From an uncultured bacterium (lineage in GTDB: Bacteria > Patescibacteriota > Kazan-3B-28): a stretch of 64,000 nucleotides of DNA. Position numbers and translations under genes: made by a program. Location: the NCBI GenBank assembly GCA_963695435.1, contig OY968788.1, forward strand, positions 280,004 to 344,003. Direction: 5' to 3'. The stretch's first letter is position 1. Every line of letters starts with the position of its first letter. Below the pieces are notes generated by a model. That model had not been told where the DNA came from. It ran no database searches and was given only the letters and a program-made list of their open reading frames with translations. Below, piece by piece: positions 44,261-54,440 of this stretch.

Positions 44261-45595
44261 TTAGACCCCCATTTTATTTATTGCTATTTTGATTCTTGAG
44301 ATAGATTCGTCTTTGCCGAGTGCGGATAATAATTCCACGGGGCTAGGACTGGCATCACGGCCAGATAACGCAACACGAACTGGCCAGAACAAATCCCCCG
44401 GTTGTAATTCATCACCAGCAGTCCCCTCATCCAAAACTTGTTGAAGTTTGGTTTCTGTCCAACTTTTTTCGTCTATCGCCTCCAAAACCTTGAGCGCCGT
44501 TTCCAAACCTTTCATTGTTTGTTCTGGGCTGGATTTTTTAAAAATCAGCAGGGGAGTGTCGTACTCTGGTTGGGCGAAAAAGAAGCTGATGAGGTCGGGG
44601 ATTTCACTTAGGGTTTGAGCGCGGTCCTGGACCAAAGCTAATGCTTTGGTTAGCAGGTCAGCCCTACTTCGCCGAGGCTTCGAAGGGTCTTCGACGGGTT
44701 TTTGGCGGGTTAGCGAAGAAACAAAGGGGGTAGCAAGGGCGATGTATTCGTCCAAACTTTTTTGCATCAGATAGTGGTGGTTTAGGTGGTTCAAGTGTTT
44801 GACATCAAATACTGCAGCTCCTTTTTGAACACGGGACAAATCGAAAGATTTAATAATTTCATCTAGTGTTAGAAATTCGCGATTTTCAGGGTCAGACCAG
44901 CCGAGCTGTACCAAAAAGTTTATTAGCGCTTCGGGCAAATATCCTGCTTGGCGATAGTCGTCAAAATCGACATCACTAAAACGCTTGCTCATTTTGGTGC
45001 GGTCAGGATTTAGAATCAGCGGAATATGCGCAAACTTTGGCGGAGTCGCATCCAGCGCTTCATACAACAAAATATGTTTGGGAGTGTTGCTAAGATGATC
45101 CTCTCCGCGAATAACATGAGTGATTTTCATTTCGATATCGTCCACTACATTCGCAAAATGGAAAGTAGGCGAACCATCTTTCTTGAATAAGACTAAATCA
45201 TCAAAATCTTTACTTTCGAATTCGACTTGGCCACGAACAATATCATCAACAACAATTTTTTTATTCTCAACTGGAATTTTGAAATAGACTCCCCCATCAG
45301 ATTCGTAAATTAGTCCCCTATCGGTCAATTTTTTCAAAGCGGATTGATATGAATTTTCGCGTTTGCTTTGATAGTAAATTTCATCAGCCTCAAGGCCGAG
45401 CCATTTTATCCCCGCTAAAATGTTCTCTTCGAAAACTTTTTGGCTTCTTTCTTTGTCTGTATCTTCAAATCGTAAAACGAATACTCCCCCGCTTTTCTTT
45501 GCGTATAGATAATTGAAGAGTGCTGTTCTGGCACTCCCGATGTGTAGTGGTCCCGTAGGACTCGGCGCAAATCTGACCCGTACTTTTTCTCCCAT
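44261..45595 (-). CDS. gltX: Glutamyl-tRNA synthetase
   Basis: RFAPSPTGPLHIG, THVIRGEDH, KMSKR. Confidence 0.97.
   Translation of the reverse strand: MGEKVRVRFAPSPTGPLHIGSARTALFNYLYAKKSGGVFVLRFEDTDKERSQKVFEENILAGIKWLGLEADEIYYQSKRENSYQSALKKLTDRGLIYESDGGVYFKIPVENKKIVVDDIVRGQVEFESKDFDDLVLFKKDGSPTFHFANVVDDIEMKITHVIRGEDHLSNTPKHILLYEALDATPPKFAHIPLILNPDRTKMSKRFSDVDFDDYRQAGYLPEALINFLVQLGWSDPENREFLTLDEIIKSFDLSRVQKGAAVFDVKHLNHLNHHYLMQKSLDEYIALATPFVSSLTRQKPVEDPSKPRRSRADLLTKALALVQDRAQTLSEIPDLISFFFAQPEYDTPLLIFKKSSPEQTMKGLETALKVLEAIDEKSWTETKLQQVLDEGTAGDELQPGDLFWPVRVALSGRDASPSPVELLSALGKDESISRIKIAINKMGV
44661..44688. repeat. Short palindromic element inside gltX
   Basis: GCCCTACTTCGCCGAGGCTTCGAAGGGT, read in frame as DPSKPRRSRA. 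Confidence 0.55.
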
Positions 45596-45712
45596 ACTTA
45601 TATTTTAGCACGGGAGGTTTATAGTGTCGGATAGGAAAATAGATGCGAAAAAGGGGCGCTTGTGGCGCCCCCTGCAGGAAATTTAACCCTCCTGCGGGTA
45701 TTAAGTTACAAA

Positions 45713-46654
45713 CTACGCAACGGTCGGACCTTTTCTCCTGGATGAAAAGGCTACAACGAGACCAAGTATGGGATGTGGCGTGTCATCTCCATTTAAGGCA
45801 GAGAATTGAATATACCCCTTGGCGGAGCAATAGCAGTGCAAAGCGTACCTCTTGCCAAAAAGGGGGTCAAAAAGCTCATCGCCATAACACCCAACAAAGA
45901 GGCTTCGGGATGTTTCTAATCGCTCTGGCATCGTAATCAAAAGACAGAGCATTTGAATAGAAACCAGAGGAAGATTGCCACCTTTCAATATGTCCCACTT
46001 AGCAGCTCTGGCACTCCATCCAGCATAAAGATTACCAAAGTTGAATGGTAAAACTAGGACATCTCCAGAGTTACTATCCTCGAGTTGTGTAAGAATATCC
46101 CGCACATCTCGATCAATGCGGTAATATTCCCTGTTGTCTTCAGGTGAGGAAGACTTGGGATCAAATCTTACTCTCAACGATTTGAGGCTTGGCGATTTTT
46201 CAAGAAACAAATCAACCAAATGGTCGTACCCTTCATATCCATCTTCATAGGGGTTTTCCACGCCGAAAAATTTTCCCAGAAAGGAAATCTTGGGTATAAC
46301 CGCAATGCCGTCATCAAATCTGTGATCACAGCCGATGTATCGAACTAGATAGTCGACACGTGAGAGATTGATACCCGGAAATTCCTTGGCTAACTTAGCT
46401 ACTTGTTCATTGACACTTTTTGCTCGCCACCCTTTCGGGTAGTACAGGGTTTGCCTAATCCATTCTGCGGCAAAAGGATTAAGGTCGAGCAATTCATTAA
46501 GAAGCTTGGCAACCCCTTCCTTGAAGGCCTTAACCTTACTGGAACTGTCGATGAACTGCTGGGCTTTGAAATCAGGGATACAAAGAGTCCTGATAACTTG
46601 AACCACAAAACCAGTGATCTGGGTCAGTTTGCTGGCTTTAATCAGAGATCTCAT
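45713..46654 (-). CDS. Hypothetical protein resembling a second CPR DGR target family
   Basis: NPFAAE..YP.G..EQ..L..FPG, LLITMPERL..L...C.GDE; SD AAGGAGG before ATG 46654; family recalled, not searched. Confidence 0.7.
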   Translation of the reverse strand: MRSLIKASKLTQITGFVVQVIRTLCIPDFKAQQFIDSSSKVKAFKEGVAKLLNELLDLNPFAAEWIRQTLYYPKGWRAKSVNEQVAKLAKEFPGINLSRVDYLVRYIGCDHRFDDGIAVIPKISFLGKFFGVENPYEDGYEGYDHLVDLFLEKSPSLKSLRVRFDPKSSSPEDNREYYRIDRDVRDILTQLEDSNSGDVLVLPFNFGNLYAGWSARAAKWDILKGGNLPLVSIQMLCLLITMPERLETSRSLFVGCYGDELFDPLFGKRYALHCYCSAKGYIQFSALNGDDTPHPILGLVVAFSSRRKGPTVA

Positions 46655-46822
46655 CTGAGATCCTCCTTTTGTCAATACGACTTCCCACGAGGTGCCGGTT
46701 ATCCGGACTTGTGTTATACCTCCTTGAGCGTCGTGTTAGGACATTCCTAACGACGTGAACGTACTACTAAAACATCTTCTTTGTCAAAGAATTATATTTT
46801 TCTAAAGCAGCTTTTTACTCGG

Positions 46823-47686
46823 TTAACTCGAGGAGAGTTTGTGGTGGCGGATGGCACGGACGAAGCCGATGGTGGCGGTTTTTATTCTGTCCTTACGCCA
46901 TGGCTGAGTGAGATAGCGCCAAAGCCACTCTAACCCCCTGTTGCGTACCCATTCGGGCGCTCTTTTGGCGGGAGACGCTTCCACGCCAGAGTTGATGGCA
47001 GTGGCACCAGCGATGAAATCTAGTGCGCCTCCGATGCCAATAGCAATAACATCTTGAAGTTTAGGAAGTTCATCACGCATCCAGCGCATTTGTTCTTCGG
47101 CTGGAAATGCCAGAAAAATAAATTGAGGTTTGGTTTGTTGGATTGCCCGAATCACATCTTCCTGTGGTTCATAAGGAGGTCCTACCATTACTTCAACAAC
47201 ATTGAGTCGTGGATAAAGTGTTTGCATTACTCGCGCGGCTTTGAGAGCGACACCGGGACCGGCACCGAGTAAAAATATTCTGTAATCGCGTTCGCTGGCG
47301 AGTTTGGCAATTTCCCAAACCATATCCGCGCCTGTGAGGCGTTCGGGAATAACATTTAAAGTTTTTGGTGCCAGAACAACTGCCGATAATGTAAAAAATG
47401 CTTGGAGAGGTTCTTGAATTTGGCGAAGAATTGGGATTTTTGTCAGTGGAAGTGAAAGATATTTCCCCGCCCACTGCAAACCAACGCCGTCAGCTAGACT
47501 TAGACTGGCGTTGTTCAAAATTTCTTTAAATTGCGGATGGGACTGCGCGTGCATTATCATTTCGGGATTGGGAGTGACAATGTAATAATTCTGACGACCA
47601 CGAACTAAATCAACGATTCGGTGAAGTGCCTGCGGTAATGTCAGGCAGTCGATTTTTACTCCTAGGATTTCGGTGGTTTTTTCCAT
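46823..47686 (-). CDS. WecB/TagA/CpsF glycosyltransferase
   Basis: ILGVKID, VTPNPE, ADGVG, RLTGAD, GIGGALD, RAP..GLEWLWR. Confidence 0.93.
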   Translation of the reverse strand: MEKTTEILGVKIDCLTLPQALHRIVDLVRGRQNYYIVTPNPEMIMHAQSHPQFKEILNNASLSLADGVGLQWAGKYLSLPLTKIPILRQIQEPLQAFFTLSAVVLAPKTLNVIPERLTGADMVWEIAKLASERDYRIFLLGAGPGVALKAARVMQTLYPRLNVVEVMVGPPYEPQEDVIRAIQQTKPQFIFLAFPAEEQMRWMRDELPKLQDVIAIGIGGALDFIAGATAINSGVEASPAKRAPEWVRNRGLEWLWRYLTQPWRKDRIKTATIGFVRAIRHHKLSSS

Positions 47687-47694
47687 AAGTGTTT

Positions 47695-47831
47695 TGTCAT
47701 TCTGAATGTAATGAAGAATCTATGAAATATTATGTTGTAGACCCTTCGGCCGCCACGGCGACCTCGAGGATGACAGAGAGAGGTAGATCCTGAATCAAGT
47801 TCAGGATGGCAGGGGGGAGGTTCAGGATGAC
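47695..47831 (+). repeat. Composite REP-like element copy 4
   Basis: Full unit 47695-47775, extra AGATCCTGAA..TTCAGGATG module, further TTCAGGATGAC. Confidence 0.9.
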
Positions 47832-47870
47832 GGAGAAAATGGATGCACAATTAGGAGAACGGCCGTTTAG

Positions 47871-48980
47871 CTAATTGTGTGGGTGTTTTGAGGACCAAAG
47901 TTTATCAACAAGGTTTTTGATTTCAGATTGGAAGCGAGGACGGCTAAAGTTTTGCGCATGAGCAGAAATAGCTTCAGGGCTAAACTCCCCTTCCCTACTG
48001 ATAAAATTCTGAATGGCTTGTTTTAAACTTTCGACAGTTGGCTCGTTGAAAAATAATCCTGTCTTCCCCTCAACTACAGTTTCAAGCAAACCTCCTTTGC
48101 CATACGCGATAACTGGCTTTCCCGCTGACATCGCCTCTACTGGTACGATTCCAAAATCTTCTTCACCGGGAAAAATGAGCGCACGAGAGTTGCGGATATA
48201 TTCAAACTTCCGACTATCATCCATCCAGCCTAAAAATGTAATGTTTTCGTTGCCAAGTTTTTTTAAATCGGCTTCTGCTTCTCCGCTTCCGATAACTACT
48301 AACTGCAAATTCAATTCCTTGCACGCCTGAACTGCCAAATCTATCCGCTTGTATTGGCTAAGACGGGAAAGTGCCAGAAAGTAATTTTTGTGTTCGTGAC
48401 TGACAGTAATTTTGTCCGTATCAACTGGCGGATAGATTACCTGCGAATCTCGACGGTAATATTTTTGGATTCTTTTTTGAACATGCTTGGAGTTAGCGAC
48501 AAAATAATCCACTCGGGAAACGCCCAAGCGATCCCAGATGCGTAATTTGTGCAGAATATTGATAACGATTCCCTTGGCTGGCCAGAAAAGTTTTTGACCC
48601 GCTAAATAGCTGTGCCAAGCATCCCAAACATAGCGCATTGGCGAATTGTTATAACACATGTGAATCGTTTCTGGTTTTGTAAGAATATTTTTGGAAAAAG
48701 AGTGACTATTGGAGATAACAATATCAAAATTGTCGAAATTGAAGCTTTCAATCGCGAGAGGATAAAAAGGCAATAAAAATTTAGTAGGGAGCCAGCTCCA
48801 CTTTTGCAAATATGAAGTAATAATTTTTTTGTTGTAAAAATGAGGGTCGAGTTTTTTGTCGTAAGTTAGGGTGTAGATTGGTGCTTCAGGATAAATCTCG
48901 CTGATTGCCAACAATACCCGCTCGGCACCACCAAGAGTTTGTAGGAAATCATGCACAATGGCTATTTTGGGATTTGTCAT
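47871..48980 (-). CDS. Glycosyltransferase family 4
   Basis: KIAIVHD..GGAERVL, IYPPV, EDFGIVPVEAM; start moved to ATG 48980. Confidence 0.93.
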   Translation of the reverse strand: MTNPKIAIVHDFLQTLGGAERVLLAISEIYPEAPIYTLTYDKKLDPHFYNKKIITSYLQKWSWLPTKFLLPFYPLAIESFNFDNFDIVISNSHSFSKNILTKPETIHMCYNNSPMRYVWDAWHSYLAGQKLFWPAKGIVINILHKLRIWDRLGVSRVDYFVANSKHVQKRIQKYYRRDSQVIYPPVDTDKITVSHEHKNYFLALSRLSQYKRIDLAVQACKELNLQLVVIGSGEAEADLKKLGNENITFLGWMDDSRKFEYIRNSRALIFPGEEDFGIVPVEAMSAGKPVIAYGKGGLLETVVEGKTGLFFNEPTVESLKQAIQNFISREGEFSPEAISAHAQNFSRPRFQSEIKNLVDKLWSSKHPHN

Positions 48981-50044
48981 AGAGATTTGATAACTTCGAT
49001 TAGTTTTTCGGCAGAAGCTTCCCAAGAATATTGTTTCAATCTTTCAGCGCCTTTCTCTATAAGTTTGGCGCGAAGATCAGGATCTTCTAAAAGTTGAACT
49101 AACGCATGACTCATGGCGACTGTGTCAGTTGGCTCGACCAACAAAGCGGAGTCACCTGCCACTTCGGCAACGGCGGGAGTATTGGAGGCAACTAACGGAA
49201 CGCCATAGTGAAATGCTTCTAGCACTGGAAGACCGAATCCTTCGTAAAGCGAAGGGAATAAAGCAACGCGAGCATGAGCGTATAAATTTGCCAAAACTTT
49301 TTCTTCTGCAAATCCGACAAATTGAATTCGATTCGCTAACCCTAACTGACTGGCGAGAGCTTTGGCTTCTCCAGCCTGGTAACCATCGCTTCCGACAAAA
49401 ATAAGTTGAAGTTTTGGATATTGATTTGCGATAAGCGCAAATGCTTTGACTGCGGTGGTAGGATTTTTGCGTGCTTCAACTCTTCCGACTACTAAAATAT
49501 AGTCGCCTAAAATATATGGAATTGGAGTGGCGATTGGTAAATTGGGCAATGCATTTGGGATAACGGCAACTTTACTTTCTGACAAACTAAACTTTTTTAT
49601 TAAATCTTGCTTGGTTTGTTCGCTAACGGTAATGATTTTGCTGGCTGTTTGAACAGCGCGACCAACTGTCAGGAATGAACGCAGGCGGGAAGCCCATGAA
49701 TAACTTTTTGGAAAATGCAGGAAGGCTAAGTCATGCACCGTAGCCAGACTTTTGGCGGGCAAATTGGCGGGGAGAGTGTTGCTGGGCGACCAGAATAAGT
49801 CCAAGTTGTCTTTACCGATGGCGGGGGCGAGACTTCGCCAAGTCCACCAGCGACGAGCCGGCAGTACTCGGTTCTCCACATTAGCAAATCGAGCCCAGCT
49901 GGGGGCAAGGGGTTCGGGAGTATACAAAAGGTACTGATTGCCCCTATCCTGCCCAAAAAGCGCCTCGAGGAGCTCTCTGGTGACCCTTTCCACTCCCGTG
50001 GGCTGTTTATGAATTAGCGCCGTGGCGTCTATACCTATTCTCAT
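48977..50044 (-). CDS. Glycosyltransferase family 4
   Basis: MRIGIDA..TGV, TVHDL, EARKN, YEGFGLPVLEA. Confidence 0.93.
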   Translation of the reverse strand: MRIGIDATALIHKQPTGVERVTRELLEALFGQDRGNQYLLYTPEPLAPSWARFANVENRVLPARRWWTWRSLAPAIGKDNLDLFWSPSNTLPANLPAKSLATVHDLAFLHFPKSYSWASRLRSFLTVGRAVQTASKIITVSEQTKQDLIKKFSLSESKVAVIPNALPNLPIATPIPYILGDYILVVGRVEARKNPTTAVKAFALIANQYPKLQLIFVGSDGYQAGEAKALASQLGLANRIQFVGFAEEKVLANLYAHARVALFPSLYEGFGLPVLEAFHYGVPLVASNTPAVAEVAGDSALLVEPTDTVAMSHALVQLLEDPDLRAKLIEKGAERLKQYSWEASAEKLIEVIKSL

Positions 50045-50227
50045 CCCGCTAGAAATCTTAGCTTGATATAACTCATATCTGGTTCATCTTGGTTCAGACT
50101 GCCCGTTTTCTAGATTTCTTACGGGACAGGTATCTTATATTTGGCAGTTATCCCCTTCTTCAATTATGATGGTGAAGACTCACTGTAACAACTGGACCCT
50201 CCAGATGTACAGTATTCTTCATTGTAG

Positions 50228-51675
50228 ATGATTATGTCCCGCAACAAGAACCTGCCCACCATTATTGCCTACATTATCGCTGACACCATCTTTGTGCTGG
50301 TGGCGGCTTGGGCTGTGATGTATGCCACCGGCTATCGAGTGGACTTCCAAGACTGGAGCATCCATAAGACCGGTGTGCTAGCAATTACAACCAAACCCAA
50401 CGGGGCGGATGTTTACATAAACGATAAAAAGTATGCTCGCAAAACTCCTATCACTTTGCGCAATATGCTACCGGGAGATTACGCGATTAAAATATCGCTG
50501 GAGGGATACCGGCCTTTCAATAAAACAATCAAGATAGTTTCTCGCGAAGTGACAGAAGAACACAATTTGGACTTGGTGTTAGAGAATATTGTACCTAAAA
50601 CTTTGGTGCAGGATGTCGGGAAAATGATTTTGGCGGGTAACGAACCAATTTATTTCAGCAAGCAACGACAGTTTGTGAAATTGGTGAATGAAAAAGTGTG
50701 CCACTCAATTTCGACAGGTTGCCGACCAATGTGAAAAGCGTGCTTCAGGCAGCTACGGATATTTATCTTGCAAAGAAATTCGATAGCGGAAACGCCTTGG
50801 CGTTGGGAGTAATCGCGAACGGTAGAAAGTGGCTGGTAATTATTGACTTGCAAGAAGGATACCGCGGACAATTATTTGCCTCGCCCCTAAACCAACTGAC
50901 AGCGGAAAAATTGACTTGGATGGACAATAACAAATTCATCGGGCTAGTGGGATCTTCTATTTATGCAGTCGATTTGGTGCAGAACAAGATAAATCTTTAC
51001 ATAAAAAATGCGCTGGGGGCGGATTACCAAAACAGCAAACTGTATTACGCCGTACGGGGGGCTAACGGCAGTATAAGCCTGATGTGGGATAGTAATCTGT
51101 TTGACGAAAAACCAGCCGAACAACTGCTGGCGGGACTTTCTGTTGGAAAAAGTTTTGATGTTGTGTTTATCAACGAAGAACGAATTGTTTTGACTACTGA
51201 TAATGCGGGAGTAAAAGGATTGTGGCTGGGGGAACTGAAACAACAGGACGGCAAACTTGTTGCTACCTGGACAAAGGTTGCCAGTAATGTGAGTGGTGTT
51301 GCATATGAACACCACAATCTGAAGCCGAAATTATTATTTACGAGCGGTAAGGTACTGGGCGATTATGATTTTGTCACTAAACAAACCGAGGTCTTGCATA
51401 CCTTCGCTCAAAATGTTCAGTTGCTCGCAAAAGTGGAAGAAAGTTTATTCCTAAACACCGATTCAAAACTAACAGTCAGTGACATCGCGGGAGTGAACAA
51501 CTATGAAATCGGCAACATCGCTGGCGCTAGCGTTCTATTTGGCGATGATTCGCGCAAAGTGTGGATTCTGCGTGGTGGTGAACTAATCGAATGGAAATTG
51601 CGTGATACCGGTTCGGGTATCTTTGGTAGTCTCACAAATTGGCCGATGAGTCTCGTTAGTACAATGGCAGGATAG
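50228..51675 (+). pseudogene. PEGA-domain surface protein split by a frameshift near 50697
   Basis: TM + YATGYR + PEGA (TKPNGADVYIN..TP..PGDY) continues in the -1 frame into a beta-rich domain. Confidence 0.75.
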
Positions 51676-52444
51676 TAGGAGGTTTGGGCAATTCGCTCGC
51701 TCCACCAAAATCATCTCCTTTCACCTCGGGCTGACTAATCAGCTCTCCTTGTATTACCAAACGACGAAGATTGGTACCGACTGGTGTGCATGTCATTAGA
51801 GTGATGGTTGGCTCGGCAGTCTGCGCCAAAATCTCCACCTGACTGGGCTGGACGACAAAATTTTTATTTACCCGATAGACAAATTTTTTACTTTGATAAT
51901 AAATATAAACCAAATCGCCTTCGGTTAGTTTGTTGAGGTTGGCAAAAACTTGATTATATTTTCCACCGCTCCACCAGTAATATGAGCTGTGACCGGTTAG
52001 AAAAGTATTGCCGTTTTGCCCCGGCATTGCGGTGTCGAAATAATGTCCGACACCATTTTGGATTTCTTCAATAATTGTGGTGTTGTCAGTAGTATTCAAA
52101 TAAATAATCGGCGCGTCAACATTGATTTTGGGGATTACGATGCTGTCTTGGGCAAATAATGATGTTCGCTGATCAAAAAGAGTGGTGACATTGTTGATGT
52201 TGGCGGTGTTGTTATCGACCGCAACTGGCAAATCGTATTTATCCGAATAATTATTGGTCGGTTTGCTCCACAAATAAGACAGCTGGGAATAATAGGTCGG
52301 TCCCATTACAATCAGCACGAGAACGGCGAAGAAGAAAACAAATAACCCCAGGAATTTCAAAACTTCCACCCACCACCTGCGCGGTTGATGTTGCGGGTTG
52401 GCGACAAACCAGTTAGATTGGGGCTGACTAGGGAGAGTGTACAT
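51656..52444 (-). CDS. Sortase
   Basis: IPKINVDAPI, GHSS, TLMTCTPVGT..RR. Confidence 0.92.
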   Translation of the reverse strand: MYTLPSQPQSNWFVANPQHQPRRWWVEVLKFLGLFVFFFAVLVLIVMGPTYYSQLSYLWSKPTNNYSDKYDLPVAVDNNTANINNVTTLFDQRTSLFAQDSIVIPKINVDAPIIYLNTTDNTTIIEEIQNGVGHYFDTAMPGQNGNTFLTGHSSYYWWSGGKYNQVFANLNKLTEGDLVYIYYQSKKFVYRVNKNFVVQPSQVEILAQTAEPTITLMTCTPVGTNLRRLVIQGELISQPEVKGDDFGGASELPKPPTILPLY

Positions 52445-52496
52445 CTAGATAGACAAATGGACGATAGACTAATGGACAAATAGACAAAACAAGAAA

Positions 52497-52895
52497 CTAG
52501 GAGATTTTTTGGGAGAGTTGTTCGTAAGTGAGGGCTCCTGACTCATGGCTGCCATCGGCAAATACCCAAGTTGGGTAGCCTCCGATTTTGGCATCGATGC
52601 AGGCTTGGATTTGTTTGTTGGGGTCTTTGGCGTCAGCACATTCAATATAAGTGACATACTGAAAAGCCGTGCCGAACATTGTTTTTTGTTCCTGACAATG
52701 AGTGCACCAAGAAGCACCATACATTTTGGCGCCTTTGGCAGTAAGAGCTTTTGCCAAAGCAGTCCATTTGTCTTCGACTTGAACTTGATTTTGATCGTTA
52801 GTTGAATTGTTTGAGGGAGTTTTGTGATTAGTTACTGCCAACACAGTAAGAGTTGCGATAATGACTAGCAGAATTAGCCAAGAGATTTTTTTCAT
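52497..52895 (-). CDS. Exported thioredoxin-like protein
   Basis: Signal anchor; MYGASWCTHC..Y.EC..C..I.GYPTW; start ATG 52895 downstream of the tRNA. Confidence 0.88.
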   Translation of the reverse strand: MKKISWLILLVIIATLTVLAVTNHKTPSNNSTNDQNQVQVEDKWTALAKALTAKGAKMYGASWCTHCQEQKTMFGTAFQYVTYIECADAKDPNKQIQACIDAKIGGYPTWVFADGSHESGALTYEQLSQKIS

Positions 52896-52910
52896 ACTGT
52901 GATTGTAGCA

Positions 52911-52994
52911 TGGTGGCCGAGGAGAGACTCGAACTCTCAAGGGTTGCCCCACACGATTTTGAGTCGTGCGTGTATACCATTCCACCACTCGGCC
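52911..52994 (-). tRNA. tRNA-Leu(CAA)
   Basis: GGCCGAG/CTCGGCC acceptor; CACGA-CTCAAAA-TCGTG; long variable arm; CCA. Confidence 0.96.
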
Positions 52995-53007
52995 TTGTCA
53001 GAATAAA

Positions 53008-54222
53008 TTATAAAAGAATCGGGAATTTTTTTGTTAAATCTGTCACGCGTTTTTTCGCTTGTGATAGTACTGCTTTATTGGTCGGTTTGTCCAGCACATC
53101 ATTGATGATAGATGCCACTTCCGCCATCTCCGCTTCTTTCATTCCCCGAGTGGTGATTGATGCCACTCCTAGTCTAATCCCTGACGGATCAAACGGACTA
53201 CGCAAATCACCTGGCACCATATTTTTGTTGACGATAATCCCCGCCTTCTCCAACGCTTGCTCTGCTTCCAAGCCAGTAATCTTTTTATTGGAAAGATTTA
53301 TTAGAACCAAGTGGGTATCAGTACCGCCTGTCACCAATTTGAAACCAAACTGAATAAGGTTGGTCGCCAACATCTTTGCGTTAGTGACGATTTGTTTGGC
53401 GTATTTTTTGAATTCCGGCTTACTCGCCTCTTCCAGACAAATTGCTTTGGCGGCGGTGATGTTATCGTGAGGGCCGCCTTGAATGCCAGGGAACACCGCT
53501 TTATCAATTGGTGAAGCGAGAGTTTTTTTACACATAATTATTGCACCCCTCGGCCCGCGCAGAGTTTTGTGAGTGGTTGTCATTACAATATCGGCGTGCG
53601 GGAAAGGTTGCGGGTGAACTCCGCCAGCAATTAGTCCCGCGATATGCGAAATGTCCGCCACTAAATATGCGCCGACTTGTTTGGCGATTTTTGCGAAACG
53701 AGCAAAATCAATTGCCCGCGGATAGGCGGTGGCACCACAGACGATAATCTTCGGTTTGAAGATTTTTGCCATTGTTTCAATTTCGTCGTAATTCAAAAGA
53801 CCAGTGGATGAATCAACACCGTATTGAATGAACTTATACGCTTGTCCCGAAAAATTGACCCGATGCCCGTGGGTTAGGTGCCCGCCATGAGCCAAACTCA
53901 TTCCCATCACCGAGTCGCCAAAATCCAGCAAAGCGGTATAAATGGCGATATTGGCAGGACTGCCTGAATAGGGCTGGACATTGGCATGTTCCGCCTTGAA
54001 GAGCTTCTTGGCGGCCTCAATTGCCTTATTTTCTACCTCATCAATAATGTCATTCCCGCCATAGTAGCGCTTCCCAGGGTAGCCCTCGGAGTATTTGTTC
54101 ATCAAAACCGAGCCCGCTGCCTCTCTGACAGCTGAACTGGCTATATTTTCAGAGGCAATCAGGGACAGGGTATCCTGCTGACGCTTTGCCTCCGCCTCGA
54201 TAAGCTGGGGAATCGTTTTCAT
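53008..54222 (-). CDS. glyA: Serine hydroxymethyltransferase
   Basis: LIASEN, EGYPGKRYYGG, GGHLTHG, TTTHKTLRGPRG. Confidence 0.98.
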   Translation of the reverse strand: MKTIPQLIEAEAKRQQDTLSLIASENIASSAVREAAGSVLMNKYSEGYPGKRYYGGNDIIDEVENKAIEAAKKLFKAEHANVQPYSGSPANIAIYTALLDFGDSVMGMSLAHGGHLTHGHRVNFSGQAYKFIQYGVDSSTGLLNYDEIETMAKIFKPKIIVCGATAYPRAIDFARFAKIAKQVGAYLVADISHIAGLIAGGVHPQPFPHADIVMTTTHKTLRGPRGAIIMCKKTLASPIDKAVFPGIQGGPHDNITAAKAICLEEASKPEFKKYAKQIVTNAKMLATNLIQFGFKLVTGGTDTHLVLINLSNKKITGLEAEQALEKAGIIVNKNMVPGDLRSPFDPSGIRLGVASITTRGMKEAEMAEVASIINDVLDKPTNKAVLSQAKKRVTDLTKKFPILL

Positions 54223-54247
54223 AGTACTATTGTACCTTATCCAATCT

Positions 54248-54376
54248 TGTCATTCTCGACCCTCCTTTGTTGTCATTCTGAGTGGAGCGAAGAATCTAAA
54301 ATATTATAGATCCTTCGGTCGCCTAGGCGACCTCGAGGATGACAGAGGGTAGATCCTGAAATGAATTCAGGATGAC
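54248..54376 (+). repeat. Composite REP-like element copy 5
   Basis: Same two-module architecture as copy at 47695. Confidence 0.9.
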
Positions 54377-54440
54377 GGTAAAAAGGGGCGATTGCGGGGA
54401 GGGGCAAAAAAAGCTATACTACGACTGATTTTTCTCTCTT

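Noticed and set aside
47662-47850. 62-aa ORF (CHPELDSGS..)
   Set aside because: Translation of the composite repeat
52896-52988. Extended start of the thioredoxin-like ORF
   Set aside because: It is a translation of tRNA-Leu
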